64,000 nucleotides of DNA from Marsupella aquatica (Eukaryota; Plantae; Marchantiophyta): assembly GCA_973895155.1 (NCBI GenBank), contig OZ316891.1:10107875-10171874 (forward strand). Reading direction: 5' to 3'. Under the pieces are notes generated by a model that saw only the letters and a program-made list of their open reading frames with translations, had not been told where the DNA came from and did not search any database. Positions within the stretch are counted from its first letter, which is position 1. Every line of letters begins with the position of its first letter. Positions 22,470 through 36,000 of this stretch are shown here, one piece after another. The translations under genes were made by a program, and so were the position numbers.

Positions 22470-23220
22470 TATACGGCCCAGATTTAATTTAAGAGAATAC
22501 TAAGCCCAAAGTTCTTGTAAAATCAGCAACAGCCATTTCCATGCATTATAGAGTCTAGATTAATTTAATCTTAGAGGGAATAATTAGCTCTAGATCTCTT
22601 GAAAAACTAACTACAACCAGTTCCACTCATCATAGAGCATAGGTTTAATAGTAGTGGGAAGGAAAAGCCCCTTCCTTGTAAAGAAAACTGCACGGTCCAT
22701 TAACACTCATTATAGTGTCCAGATTTGAAGGGAGATGGAATTTAAAAACACATATCCTTGTAAAGCTGTTTGCACCATTTCCACTCATTGTAGTGTCCTT
22801 CTTAATCTTAGATGGAATGGAAAGGTAGAGTTCTTGTAAATCCACCCCGGGCCCTTGAATCTTCCACTCATTATCATTGAACACTATAATATTTGAGACC
22901 GCCCATTCAGGCCAATCCTCTGTTTACGAGATGTCAATGTCATTTGGGCGGGGAAGAAATCCTGGCCGTTCGCTGGAAAAATGTGTTTGTGGTTGCCATA
23001 GATCGACCGGCCAGAAACATTTCCCCACGTATCCTCGCCCTTTGCGACTTGCCTTACCATCCATACCTTACCCTAGCTAATTCTGCTACGCAAAGGCATT
23101 GGGCTAGTAAGATCCAATGGGCTTGTAAGAAGCAATTCAATCTAATTTAGAGGGATTAAAAACCTGAGTCCTTGTAAACTAATGGCAGCCGTTACCATTT
23201 AATCTTAGAGTAAATTAAAC
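22470..23220. repeat. Dispersed repeat family member (CCAGATTTAAT / GTTCTTGTAAA motifs), MITE-like
   Basis: The same motifs recur at 27600-29420 in both orientations. Confidence 0.5.
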
Positions 23221-23899
23221 GAAGAAAAAACAAAGCCACCCTAATTATTTCCCTCTCTCGTTCGTTCTCTCTTCTTTCTTCTCTCGTCTCTCTTCGTTCT
23301 TTCTTCGAAGGACACTCTTGCGACACTGTTGCCATGCGATTCGCTTGCATTTGCGTCGAACACATCTTCAAGTCAGATTGACAGACATCGGTGCAGACTG
23401 GAGACCTTGAATCGCATTCCCAGACTTGCGATACGATTTTACGAGGCGAAATAGGAGTTTCGGGAAAGGAGGTTGTTGAAGAGGAAACGCTTCGACGGAA
23501 GAGGCGGACGTGGGAAACGATGGAGCGGACAAGTTGGAGGAATTCGTGTTTCTGAGAGGAGGATGGTGATTGTTTGTTCTCCGTCGTCGTCGAGAAGGGG
23601 AGAAGCAAGGGGAGGGATGGACTGGGTGACAGATAGAGCCTGTCTAGAACCATAAAGGAATCAACAAAGGTAGTGAGGCCGACAGATAGAGCCTGGGTAG
23701 TAAGTGCCAAACAGAAATCGAGAAGAGTAGAAGTAGAGAAGGGGAAGAAGGGGTGGAGCGAGAGAGACAGAGAGAGAATAGTGATTGATCAGAAGAGCTG
23801 GCATTTATTCAGAAATCACTTCGCATGGCTATACCGGTGTACCTGCAAGTAGCAGTAGTGTTGGTTTGGCTGCAAACGCCCCTCTTGAAGCCTTTGAGC

Positions 23900-26800
23900 T
23901 ACTATCTCTGCTGGAGGAAGAACAACAGCAGATGTTTAGCGTCACTCGATCCCACCTTCTCGGCGGCAACAAGTCTCTCGACTGCTTGTTGGAACGCTTC
24001 GGATGGCTGTGAGCACCTTTCCAACGCCGTGTGCTGGTTCTTTGTCACGGGAGTCGTGCTCGTCGCAAACTGCAGACTTGTCCTCAGCCTCTACCTCCGG
24101 AAGCTGCACCTATAATGGACTTGATCGAGTCATCTGGGATTTCAATTTCATAAGTAAGTGGGCAGAGAAAGCTTTTTATGGACCAGCCTTCACGTTTGTA
24201 CCTTGAGGTCCTTCTGTGTCCTGTGAACGAGGTACTGGATGGGGCCCGGGGTAGAGTTTTGAATCTATTGGACTTCTGCAATGGCGTGGAATTACTGCCG
24301 ACTGTGAGGGTAATCAAAGCAGATCTGCAATTAGTTTTCTTGCGTTTGGACAACCTTCAACAATGTCGCAGCAGGGGCCTTTCGGTCGACAGTCTAAAAG
24401 TTCACGAGCAGCGAAATGAGAATAATCTGGGCGTGGAAGGAGCCACTAGTTTTGAAGTGGATTCTTGACATTTGATAGTGCTTGAAACCTTACAGAGGAA
24501 GAATTGCGATCAAGAGTCCAACAATTTTGCAAGTGCTGAATGAAAACAAATTTTACCACGAAGGAGCCACTCTCGTTTGTTCAAATTGCTTAGCAGAGCT
24601 ACCAAAGAGTAGCTTAGATTTGAGGTGGCATGTGAGAAGTCTTGCACCTGGGAAACTACAGTCCTTGTTCGGTCTGACAAAACTCACTTGAAGAAAGGGA
24701 GGTGGCAAGCCATGTATGTGTGCTTGTTTACTTGGGTGTAAATACATCACGATGGAGGGGGCGTCGTTCTGCTCATTTGAAATTCAAGATTATCCCACTC
24801 CGGTATTTTGCGCACAGCAATGCTTGCTGGTCTAAAATAATTTCATTTTCCTTGGGCAGTCTTCCATTCTGATTTGCAGTAACCCACTTATGGATGATGT
24901 TAAGCTTGGAAGCTTTAACAGTCGACAATGGATGTAAGCAACCTCGCTCCGTAATGTTGCACTCTTTGTTCTGAAAAGAGTTGGGATTGTAGTTGTCCTT
25001 GGTATGTAAATTCTTTCCAATCGTTCACTCACAGGCACCACCTCATGATTAGTGGTCGGCATGACCGCTGGATAAAGACCCTCCTGAGACCCTGTTTCGT
25101 GAATGCTCTCTTCTATCAACAGGAGCCGACGCTGCTGTCTTCTCCGCAACTCCTATGACCGCTAAAGATTACTTACTAGAAGAACGATTGTCATGTCTTG
25201 CCAGCACTTTCCAGTTATGAAGAGATGGATTTCAGTTTCCAAAGTGAACGGCCCCGTGTCCATGTTGCTTTCCTGTTCAGCATTCTACTTGGAAGGCTTC
25301 TTGTGTCCCCTAGTTGGGTATTCGAGGCTTTCGTGACTGGTGTATCTCTTCGATTTTCGTAGGTTTTCCATATATGTGCACTTCTCTCAGACAACAATAG
25401 GCTTTTCCCAGTATTCTTTCATTCCTTGGTCCGCACTTTTCTGAAAATGACAATGAGTGAGTGGTGCAGGCCAAAACGATTTCGAAAATATCCGAAAATC
25501 AATTTGCAATCCGAGTCCAATTGCACTGGAAAGAAGACGGTTCCCACAAATATGTGTCTTACTAAGATGATGCCCGCTCTTGACAAAAAATTGTGCCCCC
25601 ACATGTGAAGAAGAGTCCAATCGGGAGGTCGGTGAAGGATAGTTAAGTTGTAATAGTCTTTGCTTTTTTGTCAACTCTCTGTCCTGAGCAGCAAGAGAGT
25701 CGGAGCGAATGGTTGACGACAAAGATTTGTACGGAAGCTGTAGAAATGTGCCCACCAAACTGCTGCCCAGTCTGTTTGACCACCTACCCTAGATGAGGCC
25801 TGTGAAACAATCAATGACTCCTGACTAGAACGGTCAAGCAGAGGTGACTCGGTTGGACGATCGATTGATGCTCTCAATCTGCGCGCAGGGAAGAGGGCAG
25901 TTTTCTCTATCAACATGCTTCTGTGTCCACGATAGTTTCAGGACAAAGAGTACAACATATCCTAACGATAGCTGACAAGAAAACACACCAGATTCATGTT
26001 GTAGAATATCCGGGTGCAATATTGTCATGCGTATCATCTCCAGTTCTGTCGAGAGAAGAGAGACAGCCCTCCATCGTCAACCGAAGAATCTGCCCAGGAG
26101 TGCCTACCCTAGATTTGACCTAAGAAACAGCTGAATGGGTACGATCCGAGATTCAGAGCAGAGGTAACGTTGGATAATCGGGGATGCCGCAGAGGTAGGA
26201 AGGGAGTTTTTGACATGTTTTACCTCACTTTCCAAGATGCATTCAGGACAAACAGTACCGACACTTTAGAATGGGAGTTGCAAAGACAACGTAAGAGATG
26301 CATGTTCACTCCACTGGACAGATTCAGAATTTCCCCTCCACAATGTTATGGTGATTTCTCCCCTCTTTGAACCCAAACTACCTCCAATTTGGCCAGTTTT
26401 CTGCATACTTAGGGTATCTTTTGAAATTGGGCGTCTCTCACGGACTTCAAAGGTTTGCCATGGAGGTACTGTAGTTGTCCAAGAATCACATACTAATTGG
26501 AAGGTTTGGAAGAACCACCAGCTCTTAAAATTAGATACCAAGCGAGGGCCAAATGGAGGTCTAGTCGCATATTGCGACGAAAAACCTCAGAAATGGACGT
26601 CCTTTGTTGCAAAACAAAGGTGTCTTAGAGGGATTTCATGAAACAAGAAATTTCAGAAACAAGACTAAGTCTGTAACTCAGAAAGTATCAAGCAATTGGG
26701 GGATCGACCGTCTTATTTGAGAGCCCAACTGGAGGAAAGGAATTCTGAGAGTCGACGTTCATGAATCCGATTCCCCACCACCAAAGACTCCGGAACATCG

Positions 26801-26900
26801 GTGTCGTATGATCAATCATCTGTTACGGTTTAGGGTTTGTAAGCTCTCACCGAGTCACCAGTCTCGACTCTTGGAGGATATGATCAAATAATTAGATTTT
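23900..26900 (-). mobile_element. Decayed non-LTR retrotransposon (L1-like ORF2 remnant); boundaries approximate
   Basis: Minus-strand W.HNFLSRAG.ILVRHIF (25604-25540) and KPIVV*EKC (~25400) match plant L1 post-RT motifs 'W...LSxAGRxxLxKHVL' and 'PLVAWxKxC'; many stops and frameshifts. Confidence 0.5.
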
Positions 26901-27629
26901 GTACACCGACCACTGCAAACTGTCTCGTGACTGAAAGGCGATTAAAGCTTTGAAGCAGGGCTCAACTCAGTCGTCAATTCAAGTTTACGGTGAGGGCGGG
27001 AGGCAGCTGAGTTTCAGAGTACATCATTCTGTCTCTAACAGAAATGCAGCTGCAGAAGGAGGGCTCGAAGGACACGAAATTAACAAACAATCATGGACAG
27101 GACAGTCCAATCGATGTCTGGTGTTGTTGTGGAATGAATGAAATGAAATGGAAGAGAAGAGACACGTAAATTCTGTACAACATTCAATTGATTGTTTCAT
27201 TTGTTTGGTACTGTTGTCGAAATGAACGGGATGAGGGAGCAAGCTCACGTACACAGGGAGGATCCATATGAAATGCTGTTGTGGGTGGTGCATTCAATGT
27301 GCTTTGTGTGTTCCTGCCTGTACAGTACGATCAGATGATCATCCTTGTTCACTGAAGTCATTTTCGATTTCTCGTATTTGTAGGCTCAGCATTCAAGTTA
27401 CTCCAAAGGTGTCTGAATGTCCATTCTTTGAATGTTACTCAAAAGCAGTCTGAATGTTCGTAGAAATGATATCAAAATAATTTTGATATTTATAACATCC
27501 CATGGTTCTTTTCATCCACACATATTTGGTGGGGCCCTAGAGTCATTGCCTAGAAACATCTAGCTTCATTTGAGATTTATTAATAATATTTTTGGATCTA
27601 AAGTCACAGATCATGCTCCCATCTTCGTG

Positions 27630-28170
27630 ATTGTGTCACCTTTCTTTTATGGAAGTTAGGGTAGCTTTACAAGAAGTTTGGTCATTACTTTCATTTATTA
27701 GTGCTGAATTAAAATCTGGACAATATAATGAGTGTATGGGTTTGCCCATCCCTCAATCTACTTGACCAATTCAAAGCTTTAGCTGAGTAGAGCAAAGGTT
27801 GTTTTACGATAAATGTGTCACCTTTGTCTCTCCTCTGGAAGGTAGGGTGGCTTTACAAGAAGTCTGGTCATTGCTTCCTTTATTCAGGCTGGGATAAAAT
27901 CTGGACCTTAAACTGAGTATATGTGTTTGTCCATCCCTCAATCTACTTGGGCAAAATCATATCTTTAGCTCAATAGAGCTTTACAATCCATGGTCACCTT
28001 TTTCCTCTGGAAGTTAGGGTGCCTTACACTACATTTGGTCACTGCTTCCATTTTTATTCCCACTGAGAAATCTGGGCATTATAACGAGCATGTGTGTTTG
28101 CCCATCCCTCAATTACATTATACAAAATCAAATCTTTAGCTCAAGCAAGCAAAGGATGGCTTTAGGATAC
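27630..28170. repeat. Three tandem ~170-180 bp diverged repeats
   Basis: gtcacctt..tggaag.taggg..cttaca..tggtca..aaatctgg..tttgcccatccctcaat occurs three times. Confidence 0.85.
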
Positions 28171-28279
28171 AGTAATGTCGCTTTTGACTTCTTGTTCTAA
28201 CTATAACACTCTAGATCAAAAACCTTTTGAAATGAACTTCAATAAATACAAATACTTGAAAGGAGTAAAATTTTGGAAA

Positions 28280-29420
28280 TGTTTGTACCACCTGTTGTAG
28301 GTGGTCTAAAATTCTAAGCAGAATGGCATTTCCTTCCCACTGCTTGCCATGTAGGATGGGAGGATTGGAAGACACCATACCTGAATTGGCCTGCTCGTTA
28401 TTATCAAACCAACTTAAGCCTATCGCAGTTGTTGTCCAATCCAGATTTAATCATAGAGGGAATAAAACAAAGCAATTGGCATGTTGGATGAATTGAGCCC
28501 ATACCAGTAATGGCCCCAAATGCTTACCATATAGAATAGTAGGGAACACACCAGTATTGGCCCCCCAAAGCTTACATTTACTGAAAGGGCATGTAGAATG
28601 CCAGCTGGAGCCATTTCCACTCAATATAAAATCTAGGTTTAATCTCACAGAGAATAGAAAGAAACTCCAATTTCCCTGGGCCCACTACTGGCCAAGTAGG
28701 GTCCCATACACTAAGCCTGAATGGGCCCCATTTCCTTGGGCCCACTGCCTTCCACTTAGGATCGTTAGACACCATACTGGCATGGGCCCCAAATGCTTGC
28801 CAGGTAGGATTGGTAGAAACCATCTGATTGGGTATGCGCCTCAAGTACTTGTGAAGGCAGTTTCCATTAAAGAAATGGTCCAGATTTGGCGTCCGAGTGA
28901 ATAAAATGAAGCACCAATGAGCTCATTTTGGGCCCACTACTTGCCATGTAGGATCCATAGACACCATATCTCTATGCCCCCCTCCCCGCAAGTTCTTGTA
29001 AAACCAATTGGAGCCAATTCCACTCCATTATACCATCCAAGGTTTATGCCATCCGAGTTCAATCTCAGAGGGAAAGAAAAGAAGCAATGGGACCCTATTT
29101 TTTGGGGCACACCACTTACCATCAAGCATCTGTTTACACCATATCAATAGCGCTCCCCCCCCCCCCCCCCCCCCAATGTCTTGTATAGTCACTCTTAAAC
29201 CCTAACAAAATAAACCCTTCCATGTTAGCAATTACTTTATAATTTGGGCCCACTCCGCATTTTCTTGGGCCCACTTGCCATGCCTTACTTGGGCCCTCTG
29301 CTGGCCATGGAGGATGCTTAGACACCATACCGGTAAGTGCCCCCCTAGTTCCTGTAAAGCCTGGAGCCGTTTGCCCTCATTATACGGTCCAGATTTGATC
29401 TCAATGCCGGGTTCACTATT
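28280..29420. repeat. Array of diverged repeats rich in GGGCCCA / CCAGATTT motifs (same family as 22470-23220 and 9180-9340)
   Basis: Recurrent gggcccact(a/g)c..cca.gtaggat...gacaccata; the reverse complement matches 9225-9265. Confidence 0.6.
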
Positions 29421-30062
29421 GGAAATGAGCATCAAGAACGAAGAGATGCAAGTCCTGAATCGTCGATGAAAGAGGAACATTTCGTTCTCGGTTGACAGGT
29501 AAAGGAGGAGGAGGAGGAGGAGGAGGAGCAGCGATTTTGCCAACATTGCAGTGGTGGATGCGGGCGCGCAGTAGCGGTAGCGGCAATAGGAAGAGGAGGA
29601 GGAGGAGGCGGAGAAGCAGAGAAGGACGAGGAGGAGGAGCAGAGAAGCGTGATGATGAGAAGGAGGGCAACGAGGAACAGAGGATGCATATTGGTCGACG
29701 GACAACGAAGCTTGACAATGATGAAGAACAGGAGCAGTTCTGCTGATGGAGACTGTTGGGAACATGAGCAGCATGAGACGACGACGACGACGACAACAAT
29801 CATGAGGCGGTATTTGATTATCCACAGGGGAAGAACGAGAGGGTCAGGGGATCCAATGCGGTGGACATAAAAAGCTGGACATGTGGTCCATTCCTCCATG
29901 GGAAGATTTCCTGCGGCTCGTGCGCTCTGACGGCATGGTGCGATCGAGAGATGGAAGAGGCGGAAGACTTGTAGGCCGAATTGATAGCATGATAAAGAGC
30001 AGGTGCCCTTTGGCAGGACGGAGGAGGGAGGGTAGGCTTGAATTGTTGTTGTGTCTCAAAAA

Positions 30063-33000
30063 ATGTTGAATCCAGAGGCGGCAGGGGGAGGAGGAGGTGA
30101 AGGCGGAGGAACCCTGCCCCAGCTGAGTAGCGCTGGACAGGGAATATTTATATACAAGAAAGCGTGGAAAGACTGGTTCGCAAGCACGGCAGAGCTCGGA
30201 AACAAGACAAACTTGGCTACCGCTTCTTCTGCTGTTGCTGCTGCTGCTTCGGTAACTCACATTGTTGCACAAAGGGGGCCTACAAAGGACGTTGACCAGG
30301 ATCCCGTGCATTCTCGCATCTGTGGCGGCACCAACAGTATTAGTACAACGGGAAGGGCTTGTGCTGCTGGAGTGGTGGAGCCGCCGCTGGGAAAGACGGG
30401 CAAGGCTGTCACTGGGGCGGATAAGATCAATCGTTGGAATACTCACAAAAAGGATACCTGCAAGTGTGCCTTGTGCAAGCAATCGAGAGGAGAACAGAAG
30501 AGCTCTTGGTACAACCATGATCAGTTGAATTGCCCGTGCGCCGTCTGCAGACAATCCAGAGGAAAATCGAGGCTCAAAGGCAAAGTAGGAGTACGCAGAG
30601 TAGGAAATGTAGGAGGAGAGCCCATTTGTGGGAAGCACTCCACTCCTTCCATGCCTGCAACAAGGGCTTCCTGGCTGTCAAGTCCCGAGCCCAGTGTGGA
30701 ATGCTGGTCGTGCTCGAGGGAGCTTCCTCGTTGTGGAGGAGGTCAGCTAGAGAAACCATCACCATTCGCTCCTTCGCAGCAGCACGCATCATTTTCTTCT
30801 TGCAGCAATGTTCTCAATTCGAGTTTTGCAACTCTTCCTGTCCGTTCAGAGAGCTGCGCAACAACAGGGATACCGATACCGTGGCAGCAAAAGCTCGCCA
30901 ATCTTGCCAAAGGACACACAGACTTTTCTTCAGTGCATGGAATTTCTCCGACTTCGAGCTCGTTGCTTGCTCCAAGCGCGAAATGGGCGTCTGAAAAAAT
31001 CCGTGAAGGGCTCATATGTGAGCAGAAATTGGGTGAGTAAATCCCCTCAGTCTCATTTTGTGCCTTCTGGTCGTGAGCCCCTGCTTTTGACTTGGCGACA
31101 ATACCCACTAATAATGTCTTCCATCGAACACTTTTCGGACGAATTGTACTTAGGTACATTATTTTTGTAAACCTCGAGTACGTCGTAATTCTATTGTCAC
31201 ATCCCTGAACATTATGTTGTGTTTGATGTTCTTCAATCTCAATCTTGTATTGGGCTAGGGGTTTATTCATAAACCCTTACTTCCAGTACATGTCAACGGA
31301 AATAGTGAGATCATTGTTCACTAGGCTATCTGTAGTTCAGAATTCGAGGACATCTGCTCTCTACTTTCACGTTGTGTGTACCCAACGTGTCATGATTGGG
31401 AGCTGAGCAACTTTGTCATGAGCGTCCTTTCCTGCAGGTTGTTCCTACCATCCGGAAAGTATAGATGCTGAGCGAAAGGCGTTCCAAACGAATTTATTTA
31501 GCAAGCCAAGGTACTGTGTTACGGAAGTGTGCTTTCGTTCCATCTGAATTTGGGTTCGTTTAGATTCGATTTTTTTCAAGTGACTGTGCATGTGAGCGTT
31601 CAGATGATGCTTTCCAGACTTCGCACTAGAATGGCTGTCGATCTTTGACATTTTGGGTATGCACGGCAGGTGTTCAAGGTGGCCAAACACAGACCGCGCC
31701 TTTTCCACAAACTATACTGGGAGCAACTCTGATGGCGTTCAGCATTGCACAAGCGGTTGCGTTAATGTGCGGCGAAGTTGTGGGCACCCTGCAGTGTCGT
31801 CCAGCAATTGCAGCACTCGTCTTTCCTGGCAAAACACTGTGAACAGGCGTCAAGATGTAGTTGGAACTTCAACTGGGTTGTACAATGCTGAGTCGCCGCT
31901 ACTTGAAACGAAAAAGCTGAACGAACAATTTGCGCACTCATGGGAGTCAGTAAAAGAAACGTCACCTGCCGTTTCCTCTGTGACCGAAAGAGAGGGTCAC
32001 TGTAGTGCTTATCCCAACTTCGGTTTTATCGGTAAAACTGAGGCGAATGCAGTTGGGGTACTCCCAGACCGATTCCTTTCACTCGGACAGAGTACCTCCT
32101 TTTTTGGAAGACATGCTTCTTCAATGGCTTATGGGCAACCCGATGCTGCTTCTCACTCAACCATATATCCAGAAATGGACTTTAAACCAGCTTATGTGCC
32201 ACTCCAATCGTCCAACTCACCCCATGCTTTCTCTGGTAGATCCTCTTCAGTTGTCCAGTTCCCTTTCGGCCTTGAGGTGCAAGCAGAAGCTGAGCGTGAT
32301 ATATACCAACCCGATAGTCATCTTCAGGCACCGATTCATACTCGAAGTGTTTCATACAATTTTGATGAGGGAACCACGGAGTCTAGCTCACCTCCCTGTG
32401 AAACTACATCAACTACAAGCATATTGAACGAAAAGGACAATTGCTCTCCCGTCATGGACGTCGATTCGGGTGATATTCTTCGTTCTTCTTGCGCCATACC
32501 ACAAGGGAGCATAGAGAAACTGATGGCGCGTACTGGTGTAGGTGCTGGGGCGCAGGCTGTAGATCAACAAATGCAGTCCGTCTGTGACAAAGGAGGTAGT
32601 CCAGGTAAACCAGTACGGCAGAATTCCTCCAAACGCCGGGCTAACCCTGATGACAGCCATTTTACAGTGCGTCAGAAGCGAGCCAAGAGAGAGGGGCTCT
32701 CTCAAGCCGTACCGAGGTGGTGCCAGCTTATCCACTCTAAGTATGACCATGTCACCATTCTTCGAAAGATCTACATAAGGTCTAGGGTACCTAAGCGCTG
32801 TCCAGAGTCTCCTTCAACGAAAGGACTTGAGCCCAACGTAAGAAAAGATGATTGCAATGGAGGAACCCAGACTCTCGCAGCGCAAGGAAGCAATTTGGAA
32901 GGCAGATCTCCATTTGAGGAATCCGTTGCCCTTAGTAATTTGCACAGCGCAGGCCCAACTAACGTGAGGGAGTCCTCAAATTGGAACGAAGCTCTAGGCC

Positions 33001-36000
33001 TATTCATTCCTGCACGAAGAGAGGCATGTGTGGTGCCTGAAGATAATATTGAGGAGCAACGTGAGAGCATGCTCCATGAAGAGTGCACTCTGGACTCTCT
33101 AAACGGCAATAGCTGCTTTGAGACCAGTTCTGAAACCGAAGCTGAAGATAGTCCGAGGGACAAGAAAATCAGAAAGTTGAGTTGCGACGGAGAAATGCCT
33201 GAGCTTCTGGGGTTGCACTGCCCTGCATCAGTGGTACAACGCAATGGTAATATCCACGATGAATCTGACGCTAGAGAGTTAGAAATGCCTTCTTCACTCA
33301 GCGAGTCCCCTGACTGTGAAGAAAGGACTTCGATGATGGACCTTTCAAGTAAAGCTGGAAGTATTAAAACATCAGACGTATGTTGTATCGATGACCACTT
33401 GGGAAAGGCAGTACTGCTTGAAAATCCAGTGATTCAGAATGTTCTTGCCAAAGTTGGCCATGGGTTTCGAGGCACGAAGAGATCATGGACAGGGGTGGAG
33501 ATTTGCAGTGAAGGAAGACAGAGTCCGCTTGACCGTTTAAGACACTTGATCCCGCAATTAGAGGACAAATATATGTTGCAACCACTTAAGAAGCGCTGCA
33601 GTGATCATGGAGCTTCTGTGGGCACATCTGCGCTTTGCAATGATGTGCAACCCTTATTCAAAGTAGGGCCTGCAAAAACTACCAATTTCATGAGTAAAAC
33701 ATTAAAATTGACTATAGAGGTTCCCTTGCCAGAGTCGATGCAAGCCTATTATCTTACCAAGATACAAATGGCCAGGACACCTCAACTCACAGTTTGGTCA
33801 ATAGACCTAGTTAGATGCATGGCGAATCGATCTCGTTCAGTTTTTACGGTTCATTCTCATGCCTTGTTTCCAAAGGAACATTCTTCTTTGTGCGCAACGC
33901 CTCGGGTGTGCCCTGCTCCTTTATATAAGCTAAGTAGAGCAGTGATAGAATATCAGTGTCCGGAGATTACTGGCTTTGTGCCGAAGGTGCCCAGAGAGAC
34001 GAGGATTTACTGCCCAAGCAATATTGAAGAGGAGAAAAGATTGAATTCGTCAGAATTACGACTAGGTATACTGCAGGATGCTACCACTGGTCAGTCCTCC
34101 AAGGAATCCTTGAGACCAATTGTTTAATTTTGAGTCATTGATGGATATGTATAAACTTAAATCTAGCAGAAACCTTCTGCTACGACAGTTAGATTCAACT
34201 CTTAACAATCGTTGGAATGGCTTGACACCGCGAAATTTTGTTGCACGGGAATCTTTCCCTTTATCTGATGTGGTGATGGGGGCTTTCCGCAGTCCAGCTG
34301 TAGATGCTGGTGTTGTAATTGGATGTGTATCGTGTTTTGCAGAATCTTCGGGTGAAACCATCATTTTTGGGACAAGACCCAGGCTAGATGAAGAACTTCT
34401 CAGCAGGTCAGTTTCCTATGGCGCATATTTTTATGAGCTTTCCCTAAAACAGTTCCTGTGTTACCATTATTGTGCACGGTAAGTTTTTCTTTCGTTGAGT
34501 GTCATGCTCGATTTCTGGACCGCAATGTCTCAAAAAATCTGAAAGATCAGAGGAGTTCTGAAGAGAAGGACTCTGGATGATTCCCAAGAAGACAGCTTAA
34601 GTACTGGATTATTGATTGTGTACTTTCGTGATCCTTGTTCTCGTTTTTGACGTTCTGCGAACTTTAAGGTTCTGGTCTGGGTCTAAAATTTGAATTGACT
34701 CCTTCTACTTTTTTCTCGACACAAGAAAGCATCTCAAAGTTGTACCTCAAGACCATTTCTCAGCGAATTTCGAACAAATTTTGCAACTACTATAGGTGAA
34801 CAAATGATACTGTTCTGTTGTTGTCGATAAGAGTTTGGTGACCCAAGAATATTCTGTGTTGTGTGGTGCTCTTGCGGCAGGGTTTGGCATGTACTTTGCA
34901 CAAACAAGGGTTTCCTGCTCCCTCACGACAAATTCACTTTTTATACGGAGGATCTGCTCAGACACAAACTATTTGATGGTGTAATTGAGGGCGCTTCCAG
35001 CAGTTTACGTACATCTAGAAAGTACTGCGTTTATTCCCTCTTATGTGACATTGGTTTAAATGTAGATGTGGGTGGCACCAAATCTAAACAAGAGAAAATG
35101 ACTGCTTTTGAACAGCGTCAGCAGTCTCTTGTGCAGGAAACGAAGTTGATTCCACTAAGGAACATATTGTTTCCATATTGGATAGACAAACCTTTGAATG
35201 GCTACATTTGTTTAATCTTCCCCGGCATTCTATTGAAAAGGAGCCCACCCAGGTTACTTTCAAGTAGTGCAGCAGACATGTGCATCAACTCCAGGGAACA
35301 AGACCGAGCAGCCAAGACTCACTTTACAAAGCCAACTCAGTACTCTACTGGGGAAAATTTGGAGGATGATCTCAATACGAAAGGACGGCACAGAGAGCAG
35401 GTTCACGGTAATGGTGTTGTGCCACAAGGGTGTATTTCGCCTGCAGTGAATGATGTAAAAACTAGTGTTCACAACCTTAGGGGACATGACGAGACTCTAG
35501 CATCTTCTGAATGTCTTGATAAATACAGCACATCAACGAGGCCAAGATCGCTGCAGATGCCCTCAGCTAATTCATTTCAAGGCCTCCTGATATCAGTCGA
35601 TAACAATGCCTCCTCTCCCTTGTCTAACAATTCTAAATCTAGAACAGATCCCAGAGGCAGACCTCACCAGATTTGCTCGAGTGAATATTCAAGAGGCATT
35701 CCCGAGATGGATGTATTGGAACGTCAATCAGAGCTCAGAAACGATGGTCCAACTTCAGCTCCTCTGGCATCTCCACCTGATTCTATATCAATGCCTATTC
35801 GAAGGCGCGGTTGCCCAAAGGGCGGATGGCCTAAGAAGAAATTAGCGTCTTCAGCCAAGGACCCAGTGAACCGGGACAGGTACTCCTTAAGAAGCGTCCG
35901 CTGTAGCGTTGGGGCCGACCCCGTATCCTTCACGAATGGGGCTAAGGCAAGGAGTGGGATTACAAAAATGAACGGGGCAGAGAATCTGAGCCCGGCACCT

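Noticed and set aside
23192-23710. 172-aa minus-strand ORF
   Set aside because: Low-complexity Ser-rich sequence next to the LINE relic with no ATG-supported gene structure.
29232-29899. Several overlapping ORFs with poly-P/L/S/G tracts
   Set aside because: Produced by GGA and GAC trinucleotide repeats in a probable leader region.
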